From Octopus sinensis (Eukaryota): DNA of 64,000 nucleotides. How positions within the stretch are numbered: the first letter of the stretch is position 1; every line of letters starts with the position of its first letter. Positions 39,909-53,913 of this stretch are shown piece after piece. The translations under genes were made by a program, and so were the position numbers. Location: assembly GCF_006345805.1 (NCBI RefSeq), contig NC_042999.1, positions 57,722,001-57,786,000 of the forward strand, given 5' to 3'. The notes below the pieces were generated by a model. It was not told the origin of the DNA and did not search any database. It was given only the letters and a program-made list of their open reading frames with translations.

Positions 39909-42129
39909 TATATATATATATTATATATATATATAGATATATATATATATATACATATATACGACAGGCTTCTTTCAGTTTCCGTCTACCAAATCCACTC
40001 ACAAGGCTTTGGTCGGCCCAAGGCTATAGTAGAAGGCACTTGCAGTGGGACTGAACCCAGAAGTGAGACTGAACCCAAGCAACTTACCACACAGCCACTC
40101 CTACGCCTAATATTAATATAATAGAATTTTAATTTTCATACTACAATGTAAAGAGAGTTTTAATGTTTATATTACACACCCATAACCCACTCATTCTCCT
40201 TTAATTACAAGAGATCCTCTGCATTTACTGCCCAAGCTTATTGCTATTCAATATCACCCTTATTACACATACCTCCAATTGTCTACCTTTTGTACAGAGA
40301 AAAAAATCCTTTGTTATAAACAAATGTGGCAATTTGTTAAGCCGCTTCCTCCCACTTTCAACCAAATACGTTATTACAGACAGTAATTATGTCCCCAATG
40401 TTATAAATTAGTTATTACTTCTGTTCATGTTGTTAGTTTATCAAGTGAACATAAAGGTCGGCTTTCTAGCCAAACAGTCATAAAACTTTTCCATTGATAA
40501 ATACAGCACTAAGTTCCTAACTATTCCCTTCCTGAAGACTATGCCAGGTTACTTTTCTATTACTATCCTAACTATTGCTATTAACAAGTTAGTGTTTTAG
40601 TATTAGTAGAGCAAAGAACATGTTACCTTGTGGTAGTTGATTATGTCATTTTACACTCCGAGTTCAAATTCTCTCTAGTTTGACTTCATCTTTAATCCCC
40701 AAAGGTCAGTAAAATATATGTTAGTCAAGTTGTGAGGTTGATATAATCAACTATATACTTAAGGTCAGTGTTACGGTATGGCCACAGTCAAATGACTGAT
40801 ACCAGTTTATTCAAATTTATACTTTACAGCTTTCTAGATTACCTTATCTAAATAGTAATACAACACTTCAATGCAATTCTCCAACTATTTTAAAATACAC
40901 ATTTGGTTGGAGAGTAATAAAAGAGGGAGAAATGAGAAGAATGAGGGGAAAAAAGGAGAATTATTGATATATCAACATCCAGACAACTGGAAGGAGAAAA
41001 ATTTCAACAAAAGCTTGCTTGACACCAGAAGAGAAAGTAACCCGCTATCAACATGAGATTTTCAAAAACAACCTGCTTAGAAATGTTATTTCTAGACACA
41101 AAGAAAGCTTGTGTGGCAGGTAGACACTCTTTAATAAGAGATGGCAGAGTGAAAGAAACAGTAATTGACCAGAACTATGACTAGCACTAGGTCATTTTCA
41201 CTGAAATATAAGTGACATAAATATTTTGTTTGTTGAGATTAGGTAAAATGCATTATTAATTACAAATTCTTACAATGTGTCTTGCTTCATTAGCTTATCT
41301 AAACTGACACAGTATGTCAATGCAGTTCTTCTAAGATAGAGAGGAGACTCAGATTCCACATAACCAAGATGCACAGGTACAAATGCACTTCTGGATATGT
41401 TACAGTACTTGAGATGGTGGAGTAAGCATGTTGTTGGCAAAGAAATGGGTAGATTACTTAACTGAGGTGGTGCAATTATGCAGCACAATAATTAAGCTTA
41501 GACAGTCATAGACAACAACAGTGATTGCTGCATATGCAGGACAACTAGAACAGAGAGATGAGTAAAAGGACCGTTTCCATGAGGTCTTCTAATAGATTAC
41601 TTTGATAACAAATGACAGCTGATCACCTTGATAGGTGACTTTAATGGTCATGCTGGGCTATAACACAATAGTTATTTTGATATATACTAATGCTATTGTG
41701 GAAGGAAAAGTGATCAAAGCTCTTGAAGGTCTGTGATGCAAATGGCCAAACCATATGCAACATTACAATAACCCAGCCAGTTACCTGATCACCTATCACT
41801 CAGGTGAGCACACAGGCCAAATATATTTTATATTCATCAGACAATGAGACAGATTGTAAATATTAAATTGCTTCCCAAGTAAAGAAAATACTATTCACTA
41901 TAGGCTAGCGACTGTGAATGTAACTAAGATCTTCATAGACTGAAAGATACAAAATAATCTGGAAAAAAAGGTATGGAAGCTGAAACACATTTTGGCCAGA
42001 TGTAGATTCAAAAATGCACAAAGTGATACATGTCACAGAGGAGAAAAAGATGGAAGACAACTGGTAGTTTATACATGATAACTTGATGCTTGTCATAAAC
42101 CAAATCTCTGAATGGAACTAGTCTGCAGC

Positions 42130-42490
42130 CAGATAGGTCACTTGCTTGTAGAATAGCACAGTAAAGTAGAACCAGAAAAGTTAGGTGACAGGCTTTAGAA
42201 AGTATAGTAGAAAGAGGGAAATGAAGAACAACAGAACACAGACATCAAGAATGCATAACAAAAAGAGAGATGGAAAGTAATAGGTTTACTAATATTCAGT
42301 GATATGAGAATCAGAGGCATGAGATATTCCAGATAGTAAAGTAGTGAGTCAGTATGAGTCAGGATATCATTGGTGATAAGTGAGCATGGAGTGATATCAA
42401 TGCACCTGTCCTCACTCATGCTGAGATGATGAAGGTATGGAAACGATACTATGACAAGTTGCTGACTGACAATGAACAAATGAGCTGAGT
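42130..42490 (+). mobile_element. Old RTE ORF remnant interrupted by SINE fold-back
   Basis: Degenerate reading RHEIFQIV...QDIIGDK...VWKRYYDKLL, comparable to 32.4-32.6 kb of the LINE. Confidence 0.5.
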
Positions 42491-42501
42491 ATAGAACTCG
42501 T

Positions 42502-42800
42502 CTGAGTTCCGAGTTCAAATTCCGCCGAGGTCGACTTTGCCTTTAAATAAATACCTATTTCTTTACTACCCACAAGAGGCTAAACAGAGAGGGGACAAAC
42601 AAATTAAGTCGATTATATCGACCCCAGTGCGTAACTGGTACTTATTTAATCGACCCCGAAAGGATGAAAGGCAAAGTCAACCTACGATTAAATAAGAACC
42701 AGTTACGCACTGGGATCGATATAATCGACTTAATCCGTTTGTTTGTCCTTGTTTGTCCTCTCTGTGTTTAGCCCCTTGTGGGTAGTAAAGAAATAGGTAT
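42502..42800. mobile_element. Rearranged family B SINE fold-back
   Basis: ATACCTATTTCTTTACTACCCACAAG (from 42551) is the exact reverse complement of the sequence ending at 42800; arms about 100 bp. Confidence 0.8.
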
Positions 42801-45800
42801 AAAAGTAATCAGGTGTAGCATGTAAGAGAGAAGCCAAAGCTGCTATGGTCATTGGAAGCATATGGAAGCTAACAGTTGAATACAGAAGTGTCAAGTGATG
42901 CAGATGGAAAGAAACAAATAAAGATAAAAAAATTGTGACATGATCTCAGAAAGCTGAACCTCATGAGAAAGGGATACGTTGAAGTAAAGACTGGTTCAAG
43001 CTATGCAAGAATGGGAAAATAATGATAATAATGATTATGATGATGCATATGTGTTTGAATGTATTGGTATAGAATGGTACGTTAAGTTGCATCTCTTTAT
43101 TCTAAGTAACTTAGTCACTTGCTAAACAGAATTTAATCAAATAAGTACTAGTCAATATGAATGAATAAAATCTGTCAAGGCAGTGTCCCAGTATGGTTGC
43201 AATCCAATGATTGAAACCAGTAACAGAATATGAGGATATAAAATTAGGACATGAAGAACATTCACACAACTATATGTGCTAAAAGAAACAAAATCTATTA
43301 ACTCACAATTCTGTAATTATCTACAAGAGAACAAATTTAATCTGATTCATTTCTTTTTCATTAGTCCACACTTATTTTCTCTCTCTTTTCTTTTTTCTTT
43401 TTTTTTTGCAAATATCCAAATATAAAATTAGACCTCAATTAACTACAATAATTACAATAAAAATAATTATCTTAGGGCAACAATTTTTTAATGAAAGTCA
43501 TTAAAATAAGTCTATTCTTCCAGCCCTTGACATAAAATAATTAAATACTAGACATTAAAAAATATTTATTTATACCAAAAAGTCAATTTTGATATAAACA
43601 ACAATATCTTTCAATAAGAAGCATGTATTAGATAAAGATAAAAGAAAATCCTTTGATTTCAGCATAGCAAAACATTGGACATAGAAAATTAGATTTATGA
43701 TAATTTCAATACTTGGTGACTACAGTGAATTTATGTGAATTTTGTGCAGTGGTAGTTGAGGTAAATGAAAAATTACAAAGAACAAAACTTACAATGGAAA
43801 TTCTATTTATAGAACATACTAAATATAGACATTTTATTAGTGATCATTCCTCAGTATATTTCATTTTAGAATATAAAATATAAATAGATCAGTTGGAATA
43901 TAAATAAAATTTGATATAATTATTGTAAAGCAAATTTATTTGAAATGCTTTGTAATATGTCTAGTATGTTGGCAAGGAACTGGTGCATATCATTTCTTTC
44001 AAGTTTTATTAGTTGTTCGTTAGTGATGGCGTTTTTTTTTTTTACATGTTAGTCTGTCCAAGGATGTGGGGAAGTGCACATGACTTTTTCAGACCCTCCT
44101 AATGATACAGCTGTTTAGTTTGAATCTCTACAGAACAATACATGTAACTAGATGTCTGCTTAAAAACAGAGTTCTACAAATTTGAGGTGGTAGGGATAAA
44201 AGTTTGGCTACAGGAAAGGAACTAAGATGAGGTAATGTAATATAAAATGGATGATGAGATAAGAAGTGGTGAGTGAACCTGATGGTAGTGGTAGTAGTAG
44301 TAGTAGCACACAACTTGCTAGTCCTGAGTTTCAGGAACTTTCAGAATATTAGTAGAAAAGACAGCTACAGAAGATACAGAATGACAAATAATTTTTATTT
44401 CAAAGGTGCTTCTAATAGCTACAATAGAAGAACCTCAACAAAAAGATCTGAAGCTTATAAAGTGTATGAGCTTATAAGATGAAACTGAATTTTGGCAAGT
44501 TCTTTCTTAAACCACCATTTGTTTCTAACCTAAACTCTAACCTGGTGTTTATAAGAGGTAGGTTGATTTTTCAGGGATTAGTAGGGGTAGAGTGAGCACC
44601 TTATAAGAAACGAAACGTAGCACTTTTATGGACAATAAACATCTGAATGGTTGAAAGCAGTATTTTTGCTCTAAAACATCTCAAGTCCTTCAATACATAT
44701 TATTAGAATTAAAGGATTCAGTTGACTTACTTTATGACATTATCTTTGGTTTCTAGAAAGAAGTGACTTATGAAATATGGCCTCAGGTTCAAATAGCAGA
44801 CAGTAACTAGCATTAATAAAGATAACTAGAAGAACAAAGGAAAATCATTAGAATGAAACACAAATTCTTTCTGTGCAATCACATAAATCTAATAAGTTAC
44901 ATCTGAGAGAAACAATTTGTAAGTGGAATCTATTTCATATGATGTCTAATAGCTGACTGTTAATATTGTAAGAAGTGTCTTTCTGAGAAATTCCAGGGAA
45001 GATATCTATTATACTCTCAATACAAATGGCACATAATGAAATAAAATCCAGGAGTAATTCAGGTTAAGTCTGAACAGAATTGTAATTGATATCTAAATAT
45101 TTAATTAATATCTAGGACAGTCATGAGGCAGAAAAAATACTTGGAAGTCAATATATCTAATGTTGTGCAGGAAGGAAGGAGAAGTCGATGTTTTGGACAG
45201 TGGTGCTTTGTTAAGACAGAGAAAAGAAAGAAAAATGTTGAAACAAATGGTATATAATATGTGGAATAAAATAAGTTTTTCAGAGATTCTAGGTGATTTT
45301 AGTGACAGAAATTTTTAAATATTTCTAATGCCAATAAAGTTGTAAATTCTGTCAACCATTATTACTCACAGCACATTATTTCTGGCATTACAACAGCCTA
45401 ACACATGTTAAAAAAAAAAAAAAAAATGTCTCCAAAATCCATCTGCCATATAACGAAAAATTTTCATTCAAGATTTTTTTCTTTCTTATCACTAAAATTT
45501 TTATTTATGGAGTGAGCTGATAGACTCATTAACATGCCAGACAAAATGCTTTATAGCCTTGTGCCTATAGAAGAAAGAATTATTATTAGCATCTCCATTG
45601 AATTTTTGAAAACTGAGTTTTCAGATAATGTCTGTATGTATGATAATTCTCCTCCAGGCCTCTTTTTTTTTTTTAACTATAGCAATAATTTCCGTCTTGA
45701 TTGGATACTGACCCTCTGTAAAGCTCAAGTGTAACCTACATTCTAATACTGCTCACATAAGAGTGGCTATGATGCTAATAGACATACACTAGATTGCATC

Positions 45801-47567
45801 CTAAATAACATCTCAGTTGATTAGCAAACACTTCTTCAACTTCCACCTAACTCCCACACCACCCTTATTGTGTCTTTTCCACTGCTACTTTAATAGTTTC
45901 TGTCCCTCTTAACAAACAAGCTGTACATCACATCAACCAAGTCTTCCTGATGCAAATGCATCCCCCCATAATGTCATCCTTTCTATATCTCATTCTCCCC
46001 ACCCCACCCCCCAACTTCATACTAAACATTTCCCTCTCAATCCTTTCACCCCAGAACTTCAACTCTCTGAACTCCCACCCAACCCACATTTTTATTACTA
46101 ACATCAACCAACAGAAGTTCAACCTAAATATCAACCACACTGACCTCATCAGTTTGGGAGGACCTGCAAATGTCATGGCCAGTACTCTCCTTCTTTCAAC
46201 TAAATATTAACAAAAAATTACTCATACAAAAACAATGTCAAATCATTTGACTGGCCAATACTAAATGATCTTGCTTTGAATATCTTTGGAATCAAATCTA
46301 ATTCAAGAAAGCCCAAAACATGCAAGTCTTCCACATATTTTCACCACCAATAAACTGCTAAATAATTTGAAAATTGCAATGCAGTACCAAAGTCAATAGA
46401 AAAATTTAGAAGAAAAGTATTTTAAACATAAGGTAATTACCAGAGAGAAAAGGCCAAATCATAATTTATGGCTGAACTATCAAGGGTTCTACTCCATATT
46501 TGAATTGATCTTCATAATTTATCATTACAATAATTCTAGATGTCATATCCAACATCTGTAAATCTCAGTTGTAAATAAGAGTGATTTTAGTATCCCATAG
46601 TAATTTTTATTTTCAATCTTATTTTTATTCAATATCTAAAAAGATCAATCAAAATATGACAGCAGCCTTCATATAAGATAATGTGAGGGAAAACTTCTCC
46701 CTAGCTGCTCAGCATTCTAAAAATAGTAGCCAAATCTCTTACAAATAACAAATGACTATCTTGAACATAAGAACACATTGAATAATATAGGCCCGAAGAC
46801 ATCATGTCTGAAAAAAGATGAAACTATTTTATTTTATCAATGATATGCTTGATTAGAGCTAAGCTGGAATTAATTATAGCACCATCTTCTGACACCATAA
46901 AGGGCATCTGGTCAGGAGTATATTGAAACTTATTTGTGCTTTTTTTTATTAAAGCACTACAAAAGACAAACTTATTCAAAATTTAAATTACTATTGATCT
47001 AAACATATTCAAATAGTTATCAACATCTATTCAATCAATTTGGAATTTATTTCAAGCACAATGACCCTTCTCCTCAAACGCTACACAAAACATAATAAAA
47101 TATTGACAAAATATTTTTTTATCTTGTACAAATATACATTTGAATTAAGCAACAGAAGCAACTCTAGTTTAAAATCATTATCTATATGGCCTACTTAACA
47201 TCAGAGGTCACCACAGTACTACAGTGGTCATCTCTTACATTTACAAAGGGCATTTTCCAAAGATGATCACTGCAGCCACTATTTTTCGGTGACATACATA
47301 TGTTAAAAGTGTCATAAAAACAATATATATATGTCTTTTATTTTTTCTCTGTTACTAATTTCAGTCGATAGATTGTGGCCATTGTGAGGCACCAGCTTGA
47401 AGAATTTTTAGTTGAATGAATTGACCACATTGCTTTCTTTTTTAAACCTGGTACTTATTCTATCATTCACTTTTGCTGAACTGCTAAGTTATGAGGACAT
47501 ATAAACGCACCAACACTGGTTGTCAAGCAGTGGAGGAGGAACACAGATATATATATATATATATATA

Positions 47568-48008
47568 TAAAACATTATTGGTGAATTGAAGAAATGGAGC
47601 TGAACGCAGATTGAACAGAAATCGTTTTATTTCATTCTACACGTGTTTCGAAAGGCACAAATTACCAAAATCCGATTGAATAATGGGACCATATTGTGTC
47701 TTTCTCTTCAGGAAGAAAAAAGGAAATCCGTTGGAAAAACAAAAACAGAACAGAGGCAGAGCAAAAAACAAATCGAACTGTGCTCCTAAGAGCCCATGTT
47801 CGATTTGTTTTTTGCTCTGCCTCTGTTCTGTTTTTGTTTTTCCAACGGATTTCCTTTTTTCTTCCTGAAGAGAAAGACACAATATGGTCCCATTATTCAA
47901 TCGGATTTTGGTAATTTGTGCCTTTCGAAACACGTGTAGAATGAAATAAAACGATTTCTGTTCAATCTGCGTTCAGCTCCATTTCTTCAATTCACCAATA
48001 ATGTTTTA
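47568..48008. repeat. 441-bp palindrome (211-bp perfect arms)
   Basis: 47568-47778 is the reverse complement of 47798-48008; 19-nt spacer, itself partly self-complementary. Explains the mirror ORFs 47662-47880(-) and 47696-47914(+). Confidence 0.95.
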
Positions 48009-48154
48009 ATTTCAATTATCCGCACCAACGCACGGTTGCAACGCCAGATGGTTGTACCTCCAACCGTGCTGTTCACTGCTGTGATTTTTGCTACTAAGGT
48101 ATCGGTTAAACTTTTGATTAATCTACTACAAGATTATTCATCTTTCTATTTCAC

Positions 48155-48235
<81 letters not shown>

Positions 48236-48236
48236 G

Positions 48237-48545
48237 GAGGCACAATGGCCCAGTGGTTAGGGTAGCAGACTCGCAGTCGGAGGATTGCAGTTTCAGTTCC
48301 CAGACTGGGCGTTGTGTGTTTATTGAGCGAAAACACCTAAAGCTCCACGAGGCTCCAGCAGGGGGTGGTGGCGACCCCTGTTGTACTCTTTCACCCCAAT
48401 TTTCTCTCACTCTTTCTTCCCGTTTCTTGAGTAACGCTGTGATGGACTGGCGTCCTGTCCAGCTGGGGAGAACACATACACCACAGAAACCAGGAAACCG
48501 GGCACATGAGCCTGACTAGGCTTGAAAAGGGCGCATAAATAAAAA
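48237..48545 (+). mobile_element. tRNA-derived SINE (family C)
   Basis: A box TGGCCCAGTGGTTAGG, shared body GCGAAAACACCTAAAGCTCCACGAGGCTCC...GGCGACCCCTGTTGTACTC. Confidence 0.8.
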
Positions 48546-48550
48546 AAATA

Positions 48551-48581
<31 letters not shown>

Positions 48582-49352
48582 TACATACATACGTCGGGCT
48601 CCTTTCAGTTTCTGTGAACTAAATCCACTCACAAGACTTTGGTTAGCTCAAAGCTATGGTAGAAGATATTTGCCCAAGGTGCCACGCAGTTGGACTGAAC
48701 CAGGAACCATGTGGTTGGGAAGCAAGCTTCATACCACACAGCCACACCAGTGCCGATGATGTTGATATACACAAACACACATATTTGACACATATATGGA
48801 AGCTTTAAGATTAGGGTGCATAACTACTGATTTATGATCAAGAACTTCATCTTTAATGTTACTACATATTTTGCACTGTAACAGAAATAATCCTGCTTTA
48901 ACAAGTTTACAAGAAGGACAAAGCTCTCCTGTTTTACAAGAGAATTGCAAGTATTTATGCAAATGTCATGATTTGTAAATACCATTCCATAAATTCATGT
49001 ATGGAAATTACCCAAGTATCTCTACATCAACATGCAAACATTAACAGTAACGAAAAAATGATAAAATATAGTAAATATAAAATAAGACTGTGCTGAATAT
49101 CAATTTTATAATTCATGAATGCTGGATCAAGATTCATGCAATTTAAGCTTTATATTTTCATGCTCAGTCTGAAATAATCTGCGAGCTCCAAAGAGAAAAA
49201 CCAAGTCTTCATACTGAAGTAGCTATGTTGTGAACATGAACTGTCTACAATGTGGTGAACCGTGATATGCGAGAAAAAGATCTCCTTCCATAATGTTTAT
49301 TCTTGAGGAGTAAAATGAAGAAATGGTAATGTGAATCTAATATATTTATCTC

Positions 49353-49730
49353 CAGTGGCTGTGTGGTAAGTAGCTTGCTAACCAACCACATGGTTCCGGG
49401 TTCAGTCCCACTGCGTGGCATCTTGGGCAAGTGTCTTCTGCTATAGCCCCGGGCCGACCAATGCCTTGTGAGTGGATTTGGTAGACGGAAACTGAAAGAA
49501 GCCTGTCGTATATATGTATGTGTGTGTGTGTGTTTGTGTGTCTGTGTGTGTCCCCCTAGCATTGCTTGACAACCGATGCTGGTGTGTTTACGTCCCCGTC
49601 ACTTAGCGGTTCAGCAAAAGAGACCGATAGAATAAGTACTGGGCTTACAAAGAATAAGTCCCAGGGTCGATTTGCTCGACTAAAAGGCAGTGCTCCAGCA
49701 TGGCCGCAGTCAAATGACTGAAACAAGTAA
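49353..49730 (+). mobile_element. tRNA-derived CORE-type SINE (family A), near full length
   Basis: A box TGGCTGTGTGG, B-box-like GGTTCAGTCC, CORE-like CTTGGGCAAGTGTCTT, central (TA)/(TG)n, tail CAGTCAAATGACTGAAACAAGTAAAA. Confidence 0.85.
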
Positions 49731-50433
49731 AAAAAATTTTTTTTTAAATAATGTTATACAATTATTATGAATTATAAGTTGAGTACATTTTCTTATCTAG
49801 TGCAACTTACTCCTCTTCAGATAAACAGTTGAAGTGTTTTATAGACTAGTGATACAAATACCTTACGGATCAAGTAAGTTCATTTTAATTTAGTCAATGT
49901 TCTTAATGCCTTAATGGTCTTAATGTTAAATCCATCAGAGTTGCTTGGGCAATACTGAGCCATGATTCAGCTATGACCAGGGTGTCTTTCTTTTTCAATA
50001 TATCTAGAACTATATTAACTTATTTCCTTTCTTTTTAAGACAGTGTGATTGGAGGGAGATTTGGCTGCTGTTTCTAAAAGATCATGCAATCATGTAAAAG
50101 CTCCCTTTTAGAACAATGTGCACACTGTTAGGACTCAAACCATAAACTTATATCACTTGCTGGGCAACGACTACCTTCAGTATTATATAGGTGAAAAAAA
50201 GAAACGGATATCCTTTAAATTTTGTTGAGTAATGTTTGGGGTCAATAACTCTGAACTTGATAAGATAGTTATTTGACACAATGACTGTCTGAATTTATGG
50301 TCTCTGCGAAACTGGCTGCTGATATGAAGTCAGTTTGTTGATTGTAATGATATAAAGAGACATCTGGGAGATAGACCTTGTTGAAAGAATTCTTCAGCAC
50401 TGATAATTCTTTATGAGAAGCACATGAATGACT

Positions 50434-50470
<37 letters not shown>

Positions 50471-51656
50471 TCGCTAATATATATATATATATACATATAC
50501 AGAGAGAGAGAGAGAGAGAGAGAGATAGATAGATAGATAGATATACACACATACACATACATAGCTGTGCTTGTGTGTGTGTGCTTGTGTTTCTGGTGAG
50601 TGTGATAATCAGAATAGTTAGATAAGGAAATCTGTGTTAGAATTTTAGTTCTTTAGTAAAGTTAGAATTTAGCTGGTTGGTCTGGTCACCATATGTTCAT
50701 TCATTAGTTTATCATTTTTAATAGTTTAGTTTGAGGAGGTAAGAGAGATAAGTTAATTCCTTCCACCAGTCAGAGAGGCCTTTCAAAGACTTCTGTGACT
50801 TGTGGAAAAATAATAGCAGTTATCCTCATACCAAAGACTTAACCCAAATGCTTGCATCAAAGTGAACTCCGCTAAAGGTACCCAAAGAGTCAGGTGATTG
50901 TTTAAACCAAACAAGAGATTAAATCTACCATCCAAATAACAGAATGATTCTCTGATACACTTCTACAGTTTCTATCAATTAAATTTCACTCAAAGCTTTG
51001 ACTGATCATAAGTTGGGTCTAAAATACTTGCTGAATGTTCTGCAAAGTAAAATTGAATCGAAAAGCAAACTTCTTTAGCCACACAACTGTACCTATGCCC
51101 AAATACCAACAACAATAGATCAAAATTAATCCTCTTCTAGAATTCCATCTTTTTGAACATAGAGGTAATTCAAAAGGTATTTTTCAGTTAGTTTCCTAGA
51201 AATTTGTTCAATTTTTATTTGATGCCAAAGAACAACAGAACAGATATTTAATGAATTATACCACTAGTCTATGTTTAGCCAAGTGTTTAGGGTATTACAT
51301 TCACAATTGTAATCTCAATTCCTGGATAAGGCAATGTGTTGTGTTCTTGAGCGAAACACTTCATCTCCCATTATTCTGCAAGCACTTTGACATCTGATGT
51401 GGTAATGTCAATTTGATGGAGGGAGTGAGCTAATATAGAACACAAACATTTGATCATTTTAAATAAATCATCTGCCCAGGTTGCTCAGCAAGAAACTGCA
51501 GAACCCTCATCTGTTGTCTATGACAGGAAAGTCCACATGTCTATGGAAGAGTCTATTAAAATACTTTAAGTAGGTTCTGCACTCTTCCAGATTTCAAAGA
51601 CAAATTAAAGCTTTCCTATTTGAACAGTTTTCAAAATTTGAAATACCTTTTCTTTA

Positions 51657-51814
51657 GTGGCTGTGTGGTAAGTAGCTTGCTTACGAACCACGTGGTTCCG
51701 GGTTCAGTCCTGGCATGGCACCTTGGGTAAGTGTCTTCTACTATAGCCTTGGGCCGACCAAAGCTTTGTGAGTGGATTTGGTAGATGGAAACTGAAAGAA
51801 GCCCATCATATATA

Positions 51815-51891
<77 letters not shown>

Positions 51892-52095
51892 CGTTTGTGT
51901 GTCTGTGTTTGTTCCCCCCAACATTGCTTGACAACTGATGCTGGTGTGTTTACGTCCCTGTAACTTAGCGGTTCGGCAAAAGCAACCGATAGAATAAGTA
52001 CCAGGCTTACAAAGAATAAGTCTTGGGGTTGATTTGCTCAACTAAAGGCGGTGCTCCAGAATGGCCACAGTCAAATGATTGAAACAAGTAAAAGA
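51657..52095 (+). mobile_element. Family A SINE
   Basis: Colinear with 49353-49730. Confidence 0.85.
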
Positions 52096-52380
52096 GAGAG
52101 TAAAGAGAACTATCCAGGATTTTCATAGCATACTCAGATTGGGTGACAAAGTAGTATCTGCACCACAACAACACTATTTTCACTGATACTAATGAGAAAG
52201 CCTCTACATGGTCGTTCAACCTACCAGAATTGATACTCAAAATTCCTTCAAATTGAATCCCCAGCACCTCAAACAAGGAAGACATGATGAACAATGTAGT
52301 TGTAAATACAACAAACAATGATATGAGCTGGTCTTAGCTGGAATGCTTTTGACTATAGATTGTCCAACAAAGAAGGAAAA

Positions 52381-52536
52381 TCATCATCATCATCATCGTT
52401 TAACATCCGCTTTCCATGCTAGCATGGGTTGGACAATTTTGACTGAGGGCTAGTGAACCAGATGGCTGCACCAGGCTCCAATCTTGATTTGGCAGAGTTT
52501 CTACAGCTGGATGCCCTTCCTAACACCAACCACTCG
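52381..52536 (-). mobile_element. RTE extreme 3' end
   Basis: (CAT)n-CGTTTAACATCCGCTTTCCATGCTAGCATGGGTTGGAC...GGATGCCCTTCCTAAC. Confidence 0.75.
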
Positions 52537-53384
52537 GAAAATGGACACATAAAATGAAAACCAACAAATATTTACTCATACAGGCTAAACAACAACAAAC
52601 TAATCTGTACCAATTTACCTACCTTCTGTATGATTTTGATTTCTGACATTGGCATAAGGCCACAAATTTGGTGGAGGAGGGTACAGGGGATTAAACTGAT
52701 CCTAGTAATTGACTAATATTCGAACTCGTGTGCATAAAAAGCAAAGTTTACTGCAATGTGGTTCAAAGTCAAAACATAAACGGTTTTGTAACTAAACGCT
52801 GCAAGACATTTCGTCTGAGGCCCTAATGTTTCTGCAAATCCACCACCCTTGCCTTAATCATAACATTAAGTAATAACTTAATCACTTTATTGCCCTATAA
52901 TGAGGTATCGTTCACTGATGGTGTAAGGAGTAGTAGTAGTAGTAGTAGTAGAGAGAGAGAGAGAGACATTGTTAGAGTAAAAGGATGATGGATGGGTAAA
53001 CAAAGACAGACCAACAGAAACATTGAGATAGAGAGAGAGAGAGAGAGAGAGAGACATTGCTAGAGGAGAATAAAAGGATGATAGAAAAGTATATAATAGA
53101 GATAGAGAGAGAGAGAAATTTGATAGAAGGAAGTATAAGAATAGTGGAGCAGTATATAAAGAAGAGAGACATTGTTAGTGAGAAAGGGAGCGGGGGTGCA
53201 GACAGATATTGTTGGAGGTGGGGCAAAAGGATGGTGGGAGTTCTATAAAATGATATAGAGATAATTCAAACAGCATTGAGGGAGACATGATTTATCAAAT
53301 TTAAGATGAAAAATGAGTTAGGTTAGACTGTGAGGATGACAGTTGCTTTTGGGGATAAACTATATAACTATTTGTGAACAAAAT

Positions 53385-53913
53385 AGGCGCAGGAGTGGCT
53401 GTGTGGTAAGTAGCTTGCTTACAAACCACATGCTTCCGGGTTCAGTCCCACTACGTGGCACCTTGGGCAAGTGTCTTCTACTATAGCCTTGGGCTGACCA
53501 AAGCCTTGTGAGTGGATTTGGTAGATGGAAACTGAAAGAAGCCTGTAGTATATATGTATATATATATATTATATATAAGGGCTTAGTAAAATAAATTACT
53601 TTGCCACATACTGAACTCATTAGAAATAGCAGCTAAAGAAATTTCTTCAGCTATTTCTAATACTTAAAGAAGATCTCTCTCAGATAGAGAGAGATCTATC
53701 TGAGAGAGATCTTCTTTAAGTATTAGAAATAGCTGAAGAAATTTCTTTAGCTGCTATTTCTAATGAGTTCAGTATGTGGCAAAGTAATTTATTTTACTAA
53801 GCCCTTATATATAATGTAATATTTTGAATTCGCCTAAAATGGTCCCTTTACATACTGAATACTTGGTGAAATTGATTAATAATTAATTAATTTTACCCTC
53901 AATTGTTGAAATG

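Larger units (their letters stand above)
37042..39909 (+). repeat. Direct tandem duplication, unit about 1435-1437 bp
   Basis: Identical ORFs offset by 1435 (37392 vs 38827); units bounded by (TA)n; differences are mostly single-base indels. Confidence 0.9.
47345..48750 (-). mobile_element. Family A SINE split by nested inserts
   Basis: Tail 47345-47545 and head 48590-48750 flank the 441-bp palindrome and a family C SINE. Confidence 0.7.

Noticed and set aside
47590-47933. Palindrome arm as a Tc1/mariner or Penelope N-terminal coding remnant
   Set aside because: Frames give only vague resemblance to either family, with stops and frameshifts; the family cannot be assigned without a profile search.
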